A DNA stretch of 64,000 nt from an uncultured virus (IMG/VR IMGVR_UViG_3300020185_004844) (taxonomy: Duplodnaviria > Heunggongvirae > Uroviricota > Caudoviricetes): the IMG/VR virus record IMGVR_UViG_3300020185_004844; one strand, given 5' to 3'. The translations under genes were made by a program, and so were the position numbers. Each line of letters opens with the position of its first letter. Positions within the stretch are counted from its first letter, which is position 1. The notes under the pieces are model-generated. The model searched no databases. It saw only the letters and a program-made list of their open reading frames with translations, and was not told the origin of the DNA. Positions 27,207 through 36,933 of the stretch are shown here, one piece after another.

Positions 27207-29657
27207 ATGGACATAAAAGTAAAAAAAAGAAACGGAAGGTTAGAAGACTTTATAGTAGATAAAATTAATGCAAGCGCCCAGAGGGCATGCGAAGGCATAG
27301 AGGATGTTTCTCCCAGCGAGATAGTACTTGATGCCCAGTTACAATTATTTGACAAAATAACCTCAAAAGAAATAGATCAGGCTCTAGTTTTTTCTGCAAG
27401 AGAAAAGATCGAAAAAGAGCCCAACTATTCTTATGCTGCCGCCCGACTATTATTAAACTGTTTATACAAAGAAGTCTTCAAAGAAGGGGTAGACTCGGAT
27501 ACATTTAAACTACAATACCGCAAAAGTTTCATACAAAATACAAAAAAATTAATTAAAGATAATAGGTTGGATAAGAGATTATCAGGTTTTAATTTATCCA
27601 AATTATCAGAAGCATTAAAAATCAGAAGAGATAAGAATTTAAAATATCTCGGTGTACAAATACTTTATGACAGATACTTTATCAGGCAAGAAGATAAAAT
27701 CATGGAGACCCCACAGTCTTTCTGGATGCGAGTTGCCATGGGTCTTGCTATCAACGAAGAGGACAAAGACGCTAAAGCTATCGAGTTTTACGACTTGTTG
27801 AGTGAACTTCTTTATACCTCATCTACCCCTACTTTATTTAACAGTGGAACCACTCATTCTCAGCTTAGTTCCTGCTACCTTAACACTTTTGATGATAGCA
27901 TTGACGGCATTTTTGACGGAGCTTGGCAGGAGGCTCGTAAATCAAAGTACGCTGGTGGTCTCGGTCTCGATGTTACCCCTTTTCGCTCTACAGGTTCTTA
28001 CATTAAGGGAACTAATGGTATCTCTAGTGGTCTTGTTCCTTGGCTAAAAATCTACAATGACTTACTTGTTGCTGTAAATCAAGGGGGGAAGCGCCCCGGC
28101 GCTGGCTGTGCTTATCTGGAGCCCTGGCACCTGGATTTTGAAGATTTTCTTAACTTAAGAAGGAATACTGGTGATGAAAGACTAAGGTGTCATGACTTAA
28201 ATACAGCCTCATGGGTTCCCGATGAATTCATGCGTAGAGTTCAAAATGAAGATGCTTGGTACTTCTTTGACCCAAGAGACACTGAAGATGAAAACGGGAA
28301 AACCCTACATGATTGTTTTGGCGAAGAATTTGATAAAAGATATAACCAGCTATGCGATCAGGCCGAAGAGGGCTTGATTAAAAACTATAGAGTAACTCCC
28401 GCAAAAGAGTTGTGGAAAAAAATGCTCAAGGTATTGTTTGAAACCTCTCACCCATGGAACACTTTTAAGGATCCTTGTAATATTCGTTATACAAATCAGC
28501 ATGAGGGTGCAGTCCGAAGCTCTAACTTGTGCACTGAAATCACTCTTCACACTAAACCGTCTGAATACAAATCTGGAGAAAAAACCAAAATTGGAGAGAC
28601 AGCCGTGTGCAATCTTGGCTCTATTAATGTTCTAAATCATTTAGACAAAGAAGGGGAGATTGATTTTGCCAAGTTGAAGTCGTCTATACATACGGCGATA
28701 AGAATGCTTGATAATGTTATTGACATTAACTTCTACCCAACAAAAGAAGCCAGTAACTCTAACTTAAAAAATAGGCCTATAGGGCTTGGGGTAATGGGTA
28801 TCCATGATGTACTTCATGTCAAAAACATAAATATAGACAGCGATGAAGCGGTTAAGTGGAACAATTACTTCTTTGAGTTTTATAGTCGTGAGGCTATTTT
28901 AGCCAGTTCCAATTTAGCCAAAGAACGTGGTAGCTATGAAAACTACGAGGGGTCTCTGTGGTCTCAAAATATTTTACCAATCGATAGTTGGAATAACCTT
29001 CAGTCTTACAGGGAAAAGTCTGGAGCGCATACTGCAAGTCAAGGGCTTGGTGAGTCTCTGAGCTCTTGGACTGAAGCTAGAAGTCATGTGAAAGAGTATG
29101 GCATGAGAAATTCAAATGTTATGGCTATTGCACCTACAGCCACCATTGGGTATATCAATGGTGTTGAGCAAAGCATCGAGCCAAATTTCTCTGTCCTTTT
29201 TGTTTACGAGAATAAAAGCGGCAACTTCTATATTACAAACCCTCACTTCGTTAATGATATGAAAGATGCTGGGCTATGGAGTGCTGAAATAGCATCTATG
29301 GTCAAAAGTTCTGACGGAGACCTTTCCCTACTCAATGAATCCATACCGGAAAACATAAAAAATAAATATAAAACAGCATTTGATCGTGACATGTTAAAGC
29401 TTATCGAGGTTAATGCAGTTAGGCAAAAATGGATAGACCAAGCCATTAGCTTTAACTTGTATAATAAATCTACATCATTAAAGTATTTAAACGACATATA
29501 TATGTCTTGTTGGAAGTCAGGATTAAAGACTACATATTATTTAAGAAATAGAGCTGCAAGTAAAATTGAAAAATCCACATCACCCGAAAGTACTGAAGCC
29601 TCTGCTTGCAGTATCGAGGCCGTGAAAAATGGTGGAACATGTGAAAGTTGCCAATAA
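27207..29657 (+). CDS. nrdA: Ribonucleotide reductase class I alpha subunit with N-terminal ATP cone
   Basis: VKKRNG ATP cone, TPTLFNSG, SSCYL, NQGGKRPG, SNLCTEI, APTATI, KTTYYLR, C-terminal CESCQ. Confidence 0.97.
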   Translation: MDIKVKKRNGRLEDFIVDKINASAQRACEGIEDVSPSEIVLDAQLQLFDKITSKEIDQALVFSAREKIEKEPNYSYAAARLLLNCLYKEVFKEGVDSDTFKLQYRKSFIQNTKKLIKDNRLDKRLSGFNLSKLSEALKIRRDKNLKYLGVQILYDRYFIRQEDKIMETPQSFWMRVAMGLAINEEDKDAKAIEFYDLLSELLYTSSTPTLFNSGTTHSQLSSCYLNTFDDSIDGIFDGAWQEARKSKYAGGLGLDVTPFRSTGSYIKGTNGISSGLVPWLKIYNDLLVAVNQGGKRPGAGCAYLEPWHLDFEDFLNLRRNTGDERLRCHDLNTASWVPDEFMRRVQNEDAWYFFDPRDTEDENGKTLHDCFGEEFDKRYNQLCDQAEEGLIKNYRVTPAKELWKKMLKVLFETSHPWNTFKDPCNIRYTNQHEGAVRSSNLCTEITLHTKPSEYKSGEKTKIGETAVCNLGSINVLNHLDKEGEIDFAKLKSSIHTAIRMLDNVIDINFYPTKEASNSNLKNRPIGLGVMGIHDVLHVKNINIDSDEAVKWNNYFFEFYSREAILASSNLAKERGSYENYEGSLWSQNILPIDSWNNLQSYREKSGAHTASQGLGESLSSWTEARSHVKEYGMRNSNVMAIAPTATIGYINGVEQSIEPNFSVLFVYENKSGNFYITNPHFVNDMKDAGLWSAEIASMVKSSDGDLSLLNESIPENIKNKYKTAFDRDMLKLIEVNAVRQKWIDQAISFNLYNKSTSLKYLNDIYMSCWKSGLKTTYYLRNRAASKIEKSTSPESTEASACSIEAVKNGGTCESCQ

Positions 29658-29675
29658 ATTACTATAATATAGTAT

Positions 29676-30965
29676 ATGAGTGATGAATTCAAACTTCCCC
29701 CCATCAAAGTAGAAGAGGTATTATCTACTTTTTCTCAAACAACAGACTGGGGTTTAAGCCAATTAAATATCCCCAAGATATGGGAGACTACAACTGGAAA
29801 AGGTATCACCATAGGTGTTATAGACACCGGAATGCCAAACCATAAAGATATTGGGGATAATGCTATTGAGGGTAAAAGCTTTATAGATGGAGAAACAATC
29901 GAAGATAAGCATGGGCACCAAACACATTGTGTTGGAATTATTTCGGCTAAAAATAATTCCGAAGGAATGGTTGGGGTTGCTCCAGACTCTAAGTGTCTTT
30001 GTGTTAAAGGATTAAGTAACTCTGGCTCAGGTAGCTCAAGTTCCGTAGCATCCGCAATTAACTACTGTATTGATTCAAAAGTTGATATTATTAGTATGTC
30101 TCTAGGCTCCTCAAGCCCAAAAGAAGCTATATCTTTAGCCGTAAAAAGAGCTTACCAAGCTAATATAGCAGTTATATGCGCCGCTGGTAACTCAGGGATA
30201 GCTGGAGTTAATTACCCGGCTGCATTCCAGGAGTGTATAGCTGTTGGGGCTTTCGGTAAGAGCAAAAAAATAGCATACTTTTCCTCAAGGGGCCATCAAG
30301 TCGAAATAGCCGCGCCAGGAGTTAATATACTGAGTACATATACCAATCAATCTTATTCTAAATTAAGCGGGACATCTATGGCTTGTCCGTTTGTGGCCGG
30401 AGTTGTTGCCCTATTGATGTCAAAGTTAAAATCAGAAGGTAAGAGTTATACCGTAACTGAAATTAGGAATTTATTAAAAACTCACGCTGATGATGCGGGG
30501 GTTAAAGGTAAGGATTGGTCTTTTGGTCATGGAATAGTTGATGCGGACGGTATGATTATTGACGCTCCTGATCCTGAAAAACCCACCCCTAAACCTAAGC
30601 CCGAACCTAAGCCTGAGCCGAAACCTACCCCCAAGCCCAAGCCCAAACCCACCCCAAAACCAACCCCTAAGCCTAAACCCAAGCCCACTCCTAAACCTAA
30701 ACCTGCCCCTGAGCCTAAGCCCACTCCTGAACCTGATCCCGCACCCAAACCTAAGCCTGGGCCTAGGCCTGTAATAAAAGATTTCTTTCTTAAAAATTTA
30801 GCATGGATTTGTTGCTCAATAGCTTTTGTTATTATATGCACCTTAGGTTTCTTTGTTTATTTTACCGAAGAAGAAGAAGAAGAACGTAACCCTGAGTGGG
30901 TAAATGAAAACGGTGAGGTTGATTGGGACATGAAGTTTGAATTAGAGTCTAAAACAAAAAAGTGA
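29676..30965 (+). CDS. S8 subtilase with Pro-rich linker and C-terminal transmembrane anchor
   Basis: [26 protein letters not shown] triad motifs; (PK/PE/PT)n linker; [22 protein letters not shown]. Confidence 0.92.
   Translation: MSDEFKLPPIKVEEVLSTFSQTTDWGLSQLNIPKIWETTTGKGITIGVIDTGMPNHKDIGDNAIEGKSFIDGETIEDKHGHQTHCVGIISAKNNSEGMVGVAPDSKCLCVKGLSNSGSGSSSSVASAINYCIDSKVDIISMSLGSSSPKEAISLAVKRAYQANIAVICAAGNSGIAGVNYPAAFQECIAVGAFGKSKKIAYFSSRGHQVEIAAPGVNILSTYTNQSYSKLSGTSMACPFVAGVVALLMSKLKSEGKSYTVTEIRNLLKTHADDAGVKGKDWSFGHGIVDADGMIIDAPDPEKPTPKPKPEPKPEPKPTPKPKPKPTPKPTPKPKPKPTPKPKPAPEPKPTPEPDPAPKPKPGPRPVIKDFFLKNLAWICCSIAFVIICTLGFFVYFTEEEEEERNPEWVNENGEVDWDMKFELESKTKK
30564..30770 (+). repeat. Low-complexity Pro-X dipeptide repeat within the subtilase
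   Basis: CCN-AAR/GAR/ACN units encoding [17 protein letters not shown]... Confidence 0.9.
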
Positions 30966-31375
30966 GTAGCAGTAATGTGTGTGATTATGCTGGTGTTGCA
31001 GTTTTGCATGGTAGATCTATTTTATTATCTAAAAGAATAGAGACCCACTTTGGAGAAAAAGTTTCCTTTGGTGGGTATTGGTCTATTTTTGCAGGGGCCC
31101 TAGACCCAAATGAAGATCACAAGGCTTGTGCGGTAAGAGAATTATTTGAAGAAAGTGGAATAGTTTCCCCTATTGAGGACTTACATTTTATAAAATCAAT
31201 ACCCCAAAAAAAATCTTTATTTCATATATATTACTATAAAGTTGAAGAACTTGTTATACCTAAACTGAATTTTGAACATACAGAATCTGGATGGTTTGAT
31301 ATTGACTCCCTAGATGTCTTTACGGATAAGATAGATCTAAAATTAATGAATTTAATTAAGAAGCACGTGCACTAA
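30962..31375 (+). CDS. Nudix hydrolase
   Basis: Nudix box [33 protein letters not shown]. Confidence 0.88.
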   Translation: MSSSNVCDYAGVAVLHGRSILLSKRIETHFGEKVSFGGYWSIFAGALDPNEDHKACAVRELFEESGIVSPIEDLHFIKSIPQKKSLFHIYYYKVEELVIPKLNFEHTESGWFDIDSLDVFTDKIDLKLMNLIKKHVH

Positions 31376-31398
31376 GTAAGTTGGTGTAATGTTTCTTA

Positions 31399-31716
31399 GT
31401 GAACCTAATAATAGACTGTAGTTTATCTGAGCCCCCTAGTGAGGTTTCTTGTTTTAGGGATATAACACTATTTGGTAAAATATATTGCTTTGATGATATA
31501 TTACTATCCTGCCCTAAAGGCACTAGGTCTATATATTGGAACTGGCTTAAATCTCACGGTGCCCATGATTACATAACATATTTAATATTATATCACGAGG
31601 TTGAGCCGGGTATATTAATGCATCCAGAAGATGGAGACATAAGAGTAAGAAAAATAGATTCATTTAACCTTAATAATATATTAAGTGTAATAAATAAATA
31701 CAGGAAAAATGATTAA
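31399..31716 (+). CDS. Hypothetical protein
   Basis: 105-aa ORF preceded by the GTGTAA motif. Confidence 0.65.
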   Translation: MNLIIDCSLSEPPSEVSCFRDITLFGKIYCFDDILLSCPKGTRSIYWNWLKSHGAHDYITYLILYHEVEPGILMHPEDGDIRVRKIDSFNLNNILSVINKYRKND

Positions 31717-31990
31717 ATATTTACTATATATTAGTTTTATACTTTGCTCTGGTTGCTTCAGAAAGCTTCCATCAAAACCTATGCCCATTACTAATGATAA
31801 TTTTAGCTCATCCCCACAGGGAAGCTTTACTCAAAAAACTATAGCCGGTAACTCCAGTATTGATTATAGCGAGCCATTATTTATTTTTATACTAATATCT
31901 AGTGTTGTTTTTATTATTTCGTTTTTTCCCCTATTTACTTTCGCCTGCAAGTGGTTTTATAAAAAAATCTTGACTTTATTTAAAAAGTGA
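31709..31990 (+). CDS. Small putative lipoprotein with C-terminal TM helix
   Basis: MIKYLLYISFILCSGC lipobox-like signal; C-terminal LFIFILISSVVFIISFFPLF. Confidence 0.55.
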   Translation: MIKYLLYISFILCSGCFRKLPSKPMPITNDNFSSSPQGSFTQKTIAGNSSIDYSEPLFIFILISSVVFIISFFPLFTFACKWFYKKILTLFKK

Positions 31991-31998
31991 CATATAAT
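31970..31998 (+). promoter_or_regulatory. sigma70-like promoter for nrdB (TTGACT-N17-TATAAT)
   Basis: TTGACT 31970-31975, TATAAT 31993-31998. Confidence 0.75.
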
Positions 31999-32036
31999 TA
32001 AGATCTTTTAATATAGATCAATCGTTATATACTTAT

Positions 32037-33050
32037 ATGGATACAAAAACTGGAGAACTTCTTACTGATAATATTGCTGGCGTCAACCGAATCTTACCGC
32101 ATAAACATAAATATGCATGGGATCTATTCCTTAAGAGTTGTGCAAACAACTGGATGCCAACAGAAATTTCAATGCAAAATGACATCAAGCAATGGAAGAA
32201 TAATGAAATTACAGATGATGAAAAATTACTTGTTAAACGCTGTCTTGGATTTTTTGCTGGTAGTGAGTCTTTGGTTGGTAATAATCTCCTACTATCCGCT
32301 TTTCGTTTTATCACAGATGCTGAGTGTCGTCAATATATTCTGCGCCAAGCTTTCGAAGAAAGCCTTCACAATCTTACGGTAGTATATATATGCGATAGCC
32401 TAGATCTTGAGATTGAAGAGGTTTTTGCTGCTTATGAAAACATACCTAGTATCAAAGCTAAGGATGACTTCTTAATGAGTATTACTAATGACATCAGTGA
32501 CCAAAACTTCGACTCCACTTCAAAGGAAGGCAAGCAGGAGATATTAAGGAACTTCTTAACTTACTGGATTGTTTGCGAAGGAACTTTCTTTTTTAGTGGA
32601 TTTGCCATGTTGCTTGCTCTTGGCAGGCAAAACAAACTACAGGGTGTTTCTGATCAAATTAAATATACTCTTAGAGATGAAAGCTCCCATATAGCTTTCG
32701 GGACTTACTTGATAAATACATTAATCGATCAAAACCCTGAGATTTGGACAAAGGAAATACAAGACGAGTTCGTTTCTCATATTAAAAAAGCCGTAGAGCT
32801 TGAAATAGAATATGCCCATGATGTTCTACCTACCGGCATACTTGGGTTAAATGCTGAGATGTTTGTGGATTATATGCACTACATAGGGAACCGCAGGCTT
32901 GAGGCCATTGGCCTTGATTACCGTTTCCCCAGTGACAAAAACCCATTTCCTTGGCTTGGTGAAGTTGTTGATGTGCAGGCTATGGGTAACTTCTTCGAAA
33001 GAAGGGTTAGGGAATACCAGCAAAGCGGCTCACTGGAAGACGATTTTTAA
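32037..33050 (+). CDS. nrdB: Ribonucleotide reductase beta subunit, class Ic (R2c)-type signature
   Basis: NNWMPTEI, GFFAGSESLVGNN, RQAFEESLH, EGTFFFSGF, RDESSH, NPFPWL, NFFERRVREYQ. Confidence 0.95.
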   Translation: MDTKTGELLTDNIAGVNRILPHKHKYAWDLFLKSCANNWMPTEISMQNDIKQWKNNEITDDEKLLVKRCLGFFAGSESLVGNNLLLSAFRFITDAECRQYILRQAFEESLHNLTVVYICDSLDLEIEEVFAAYENIPSIKAKDDFLMSITNDISDQNFDSTSKEGKQEILRNFLTYWIVCEGTFFFSGFAMLLALGRQNKLQGVSDQIKYTLRDESSHIAFGTYLINTLIDQNPEIWTKEIQDEFVSHIKKAVELEIEYAHDVLPTGILGLNAEMFVDYMHYIGNRRLEAIGLDYRFPSDKNPFPWLGEVVDVQAMGNFFERRVREYQQSGSLEDDF

Positions 33051-33087
33051 GTTAAATTTTATTCTGCTTTTATTATAATAATTTACT

Positions 33088-33627
33088 TTGGATTATTATA
33101 AAAAAAAATTAATACATAAATTAAAAGCCCAGTCTTCCGAAGTTCAAGATGAGCTTAGTGATGTTGAGTCTATATTTGACCGAGCAACTCCATTGTTCTG
33201 TGAGGCCGTACATTTTTTTTGTTCTAACTCTTCAAGGCAAAACCCCCTAGAGGACCTCAAGGATGAATCTACAGAGGACAAGGACGTTATTACTGATGGT
33301 ATAAAATCTATTTTCAGGAAGATAGCGGTAAAAACTCATCCCGACAAAGTAGACGATGTAGAATCATCAATCGATCAATACCGAGACGTCACTACCGCCA
33401 AAAAAGATCAGGATGTTAATAAGATTATATCAATTGCTAAAGATTTAAAGATCGATATGAATGACATATCTTATTCAGACATAAAGATCATTGAAAATAG
33501 TATTAAGAAAACTCAACTGAAAATTGAAAAAATAATGAATAGCTACCCATGGGTTTGGTTCTATTCTAATGAAAATAAAAGGGTTGATATAATCACTGAA
33601 TTCGTAATTAACAAGTGTAATACATAA
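33088..33627 (+). CDS. Protein with internal J-domain-like HPD segment
   Basis: IKSIFRKIAVKTHPDKV. Confidence 0.65.
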   Translation: MDYYKKKLIHKLKAQSSEVQDELSDVESIFDRATPLFCEAVHFFCSNSSRQNPLEDLKDESTEDKDVITDGIKSIFRKIAVKTHPDKVDDVESSIDQYRDVTTAKKDQDVNKIISIAKDLKIDMNDISYSDIKIIENSIKKTQLKIEKIMNSYPWVWFYSNENKRVDIITEFVINKCNT

Positions 33628-33838
33628 TTTATGGACTGTATTCTTTTATTTCTTGTATTTATCTCTAAAAATTATGGGTTTTTTAACGGAAAAAAAAAGA
33701 TACTATCATGGTTAAAAACTATTTAAGGTATAAGGAGATAAATGGCGAAGCTAATTATAAAAAAGACAGCTACCCTCTTAATGAGGAAGCTATCAAGGTT
33801 AGTTGTGAAGCTACCCCCGCCACCTCCACCAACTTAAT

Positions 33839-34480
33839 ATGATTTGTTTTATTAAAAAATCCATGAAATCTATTTCTGATGTGTACCAGAATAAGAGTCA
33901 ACAAATATTAAACTACCTTGATAGAGAGCTTTTGTACGAGCAATCATTACAGTACTATACAGATCAAAATAAAATAAAAAAACTAAAGATGGAATATAAA
34001 GAATATTCATTCTCAAACGAAATTCATAGTTTAAGCTCTATGCCTGAGCTTGCTATTGAAGAGATTATTAAAATCAATAAACGCATAACGGATAAAACCT
34101 GGGGGGTTATACTTGAGTCAGAAAAAGTTCAAGATTTAAATGTTTATATAGCCCAAATGAATAAGATTCAAATTAACTCCCGTAAGTCTAATTTTTTTGT
34201 GGTTACAGATTCTCATGATATAATGCTCAGGTTAAATGATGTTTTTAACTGGATGAACAAAATATTTTATATTGTACCAAATACTTATGACTTAAATATT
34301 GAAAAGGAGTACAGGCCTAGTATTAATTTTCACTGCCTCAAGCATCTCGAGAAGCATATATCTACACCCGGATCATCTTACTCTGATATGCTTAAATCTA
34401 TAGGTGGCATACAGGTTACAGTCCCTAACTCCAAGAGAGTGTTTTCTTTTAATTGTAAACGATTAGTCCCCCAAGGATGA
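33839..34480 (+). CDS. Hypothetical protein, possibly a degenerate GT-B/fucosyltransferase-like fold
   Basis: FFVVTDS and ISTPGSSYS weakly resemble fucosyltransferase C-terminal motifs; ATGA-coupled to the next gene. Confidence 0.45.
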   Translation: MICFIKKSMKSISDVYQNKSQQILNYLDRELLYEQSLQYYTDQNKIKKLKMEYKEYSFSNEIHSLSSMPELAIEEIIKINKRITDKTWGVILESEKVQDLNVYIAQMNKIQINSRKSNFFVVTDSHDIMLRLNDVFNWMNKIFYIVPNTYDLNIEKEYRPSINFHCLKHLEKHISTPGSSYSDMLKSIGGIQVTVPNSKRVFSFNCKRLVPQG

Positions 34481-35406
34481 AAAAAATATCTTATATCTTA
34501 GTGTCTCGTAACGATAATTACAATGGAGATTCTGTTGGTCGTTGCCTCAATACCGTCAACCATACTTGTGAAATAATTCGCAAAAATAATGTGGTCGATG
34601 AATCTGAAGTGATCCTTGTCGACTGGTGCTCTAGAAGCGGCTCCTTGAAAGAGTCCCTATCCTCTCGCTTTGTCTCAGAGACACAGGGCTTACTTAAAAT
34701 AGTTACGGTTCCACCTGATATTGCAGACAAGCACCAAGGAGACTCTCCGTTTTCAGAAGTTCATGCAATGAATGTTGGCTTCCGTCATCAAGAGGGAAAG
34801 CATTTTGCTCGGATCGATCAAGATACATTAGTTGGTCAGAGATTTATGGATTGGTTTTATCATGAGTATGAAGTCAAAGACTATGGTTGGCCTTGGCCTC
34901 GTGCAGCTTTCTCTAGTCGCAGGAATCTTAACGAAGAGCAATCTCACCATTCTGTATTTAGGGATTTCATATATGACCAAGAGTTGGCTAAAAAAGTAGA
35001 TATTTGCCACGAGCACAATCACTATAGTCGCTTGATGCCCAATGAAGAAATTTTTCCTTTTTACGGCGGGGCTGTTGGAGTTATGATGGTGGACAGGGAT
35101 TGTTACTTAGAACATAAAGGTTTCAACGAGGATCTTGTTTACATGAATAGCATGGATACTGAATTCTTAAATCGAATCGCCCAGCACGAAGATATATATA
35201 ACTTATGCCTAGCTATCGATGGAGACTTTTATCACCAATATCATGAAAGAAATGAAGGTGCATCTAATGATTCAACACAGCCGCACGCTCAACATCAAGG
35301 AGAAAGAAAAGTAAACTCTCTTGATATAAGAAATAAAATGATAAATAACCCTAACCCTGACAACTGGGGTTTATTGGACGAAGACTTAGAGATAACAAAA
35401 CTATGA
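34477..35406 (+). CDS. GT-A fold glycosyltransferase (GT2-like)
   Basis: SRNDNY, EVILVDW, AMNVGFR, RIDQD, GFNEDL. Confidence 0.7.
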   Translation: MKKISYILVSRNDNYNGDSVGRCLNTVNHTCEIIRKNNVVDESEVILVDWCSRSGSLKESLSSRFVSETQGLLKIVTVPPDIADKHQGDSPFSEVHAMNVGFRHQEGKHFARIDQDTLVGQRFMDWFYHEYEVKDYGWPWPRAAFSSRRNLNEEQSHHSVFRDFIYDQELAKKVDICHEHNHYSRLMPNEEIFPFYGGAVGVMMVDRDCYLEHKGFNEDLVYMNSMDTEFLNRIAQHEDIYNLCLAIDGDFYHQYHERNEGASNDSTQPHAQHQGERKVNSLDIRNKMINNPNPDNWGLLDEDLEITKL

Positions 35407-36254
35407 GTAATGTAATATATGTAATTAATGATTTACCCAAGGATACTGATTTTGCTAATCCCGGGTATAAAGATGTAGCTTGGGTACCGCATTGCCTGGG
35501 TTCTCTTGAAAAGTATGCCAATAAAATCGGGTGTGATCTGAAAATTATTTCCATGAATGATTTTCCTGGATACCAAGAGATACATCGATATGATTTTACT
35601 CATTACCAAAAAAGCACTTTTGTTAAGATTCTTTTTCTTCATGAGTTTATGAAGACGGATTATGATAAATTCGCGCTGCTTGATCTAGATATGGTTGTTA
35701 GTAAGACTGCCCCCGACATATTCGAGTTCCATAAAGATGACGATTTCATGATGCAATACGGCTTCAATGAAGCTGTTGTCGCTAAAAACGAAATCTTCAT
35801 GAAAGATTACTTGAAGGCTATACCTAAAGATGAAGATGTTTACTGGTTAAATGAGAAAACAAATCGTAAAATACCAAAATACAACCTTAATCTTGGGTGT
35901 TATATCATGAGCAGAAAGATCGTCGAAAAGATGACTTCAGTTTTGCCTGATCAATATAGTATAGTTCAATTCCTAAAGGATCATAATTTAATCGAGAATC
36001 CAGTTTTAGAAGTTTTTGGAGAGCCGAAAGATTTTATCGACCAAGATATGTACGGTTACGCTTATGCCAAGACTGATGTTACTGATTATCACAAACCTCT
36101 TCAATGGGTCTGGAATGCTAACTATCAAGCATGTTTTGAAAAAGGAGATGCTAATAAAGAATTTTATCTCTGTCACCTTTGCGGAGAAGATGGTAAGCAA
36201 TTTTTGCTAGACAACTTGGATAACCCAGAAGTTATGGATAAAATCGATGTATAG
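35403..36254 (+). CDS. GT-A glycosyltransferase (GT8/GT34-like)
   Basis: YANKIG, LLDLDMVV..APDIF, NLGCYI, DQD, WN, H.CG. Confidence 0.65.
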   Translation: MSNVIYVINDLPKDTDFANPGYKDVAWVPHCLGSLEKYANKIGCDLKIISMNDFPGYQEIHRYDFTHYQKSTFVKILFLHEFMKTDYDKFALLDLDMVVSKTAPDIFEFHKDDDFMMQYGFNEAVVAKNEIFMKDYLKAIPKDEDVYWLNEKTNRKIPKYNLNLGCYIMSRKIVEKMTSVLPDQYSIVQFLKDHNLIENPVLEVFGEPKDFIDQDMYGYAYAKTDVTDYHKPLQWVWNANYQACFEKGDANKEFYLCHLCGEDGKQFLLDNLDNPEVMDKIDV

Positions 36255-36933
36255 TCATGAGCATAAATTTATTTATATACATATCCCAAAGTCTGCCGGG
36301 ACCTTCATAAAGCATTATTTATTATCTAATATAGAGCCTAATTATGAAAACAACCAAAATCAGCAAGACTATGAAGATAAATACAGAACCACCTGCGAGA
36401 GGGCTCTTTCCGGTATAGCTCAAGATGTACCCGAATATGAAGAATACTTCAAGTTCACGGTAGTCAGAAATCCATTTGACCGAGTTGTATCAATGTATAC
36501 ATATTTAGGCGGTTGGAAATTTGATTATTTTGTCGAAAATAAAATTGACTCACCAATGATGCCCTATGTACAGAAATTCCATGATTACTATATCAGGGAT
36601 GACTTCGAAGGTTTTATTGATTATGCTTACAATCAAGGTAATATCAAAAAGTTTCACGCAGGGTATTATGACTCTTATGTGAGTCGAGCAAAAGTTGGCT
36701 CATCTATTTATCTAGACAAATTTTATAAGGTCGAAGATATAGAGTCATGCCTAAAAGATTTATCTGAACGTTTTAATTTCTCGAAAGACACTGGCTTTAA
36801 TGATTGGCGGCAAAACAGCAGCAGTGAATATAAAAAGAAAAAGAGCTACAAAGACTACTATACAGCAGACACTAGAGATATAATATCTAATCATTTTGTA
36901 GAAGATTTAAATTATTTTAATTATGGGTTCTAA
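36247..36933 (+). CDS. Carbohydrate sulfotransferase (Sulfotransfer_2 family)
   Basis: FIYIHIPKSAGT (5'-PSB), VVRNPFDRVVSMY (3'-PB), DL.YFNY.F. Confidence 0.88.
   Translation: MYSHEHKFIYIHIPKSAGTFIKHYLLSNIEPNYENNQNQQDYEDKYRTTCERALSGIAQDVPEYEEYFKFTVVRNPFDRVVSMYTYLGGWKFDYFVENKIDSPMMPYVQKFHDYYIRDDFEGFIDYAYNQGNIKKFHAGYYDSYVSRAKVGSSIYLDKFYKVEDIESCLKDLSERFNFSKDTGFNDWRQNSSSEYKKKKSYKDYYTADTRDIISNHFVEDLNYFNYGF

Noticed and set aside
29660..29674. TACTATA-A-TATAGTA palindrome as an NrdR box or terminator
   Set aside because: It lies downstream of nrdA, is AT-rich with no U-tract, and could arise by chance.
30527..30841. Gly/Leu-repeat ORF on the minus strand and the 71-aa shifted-frame ORF
   Set aside because: Shadows of the Pro-X repeat in the subtilase.
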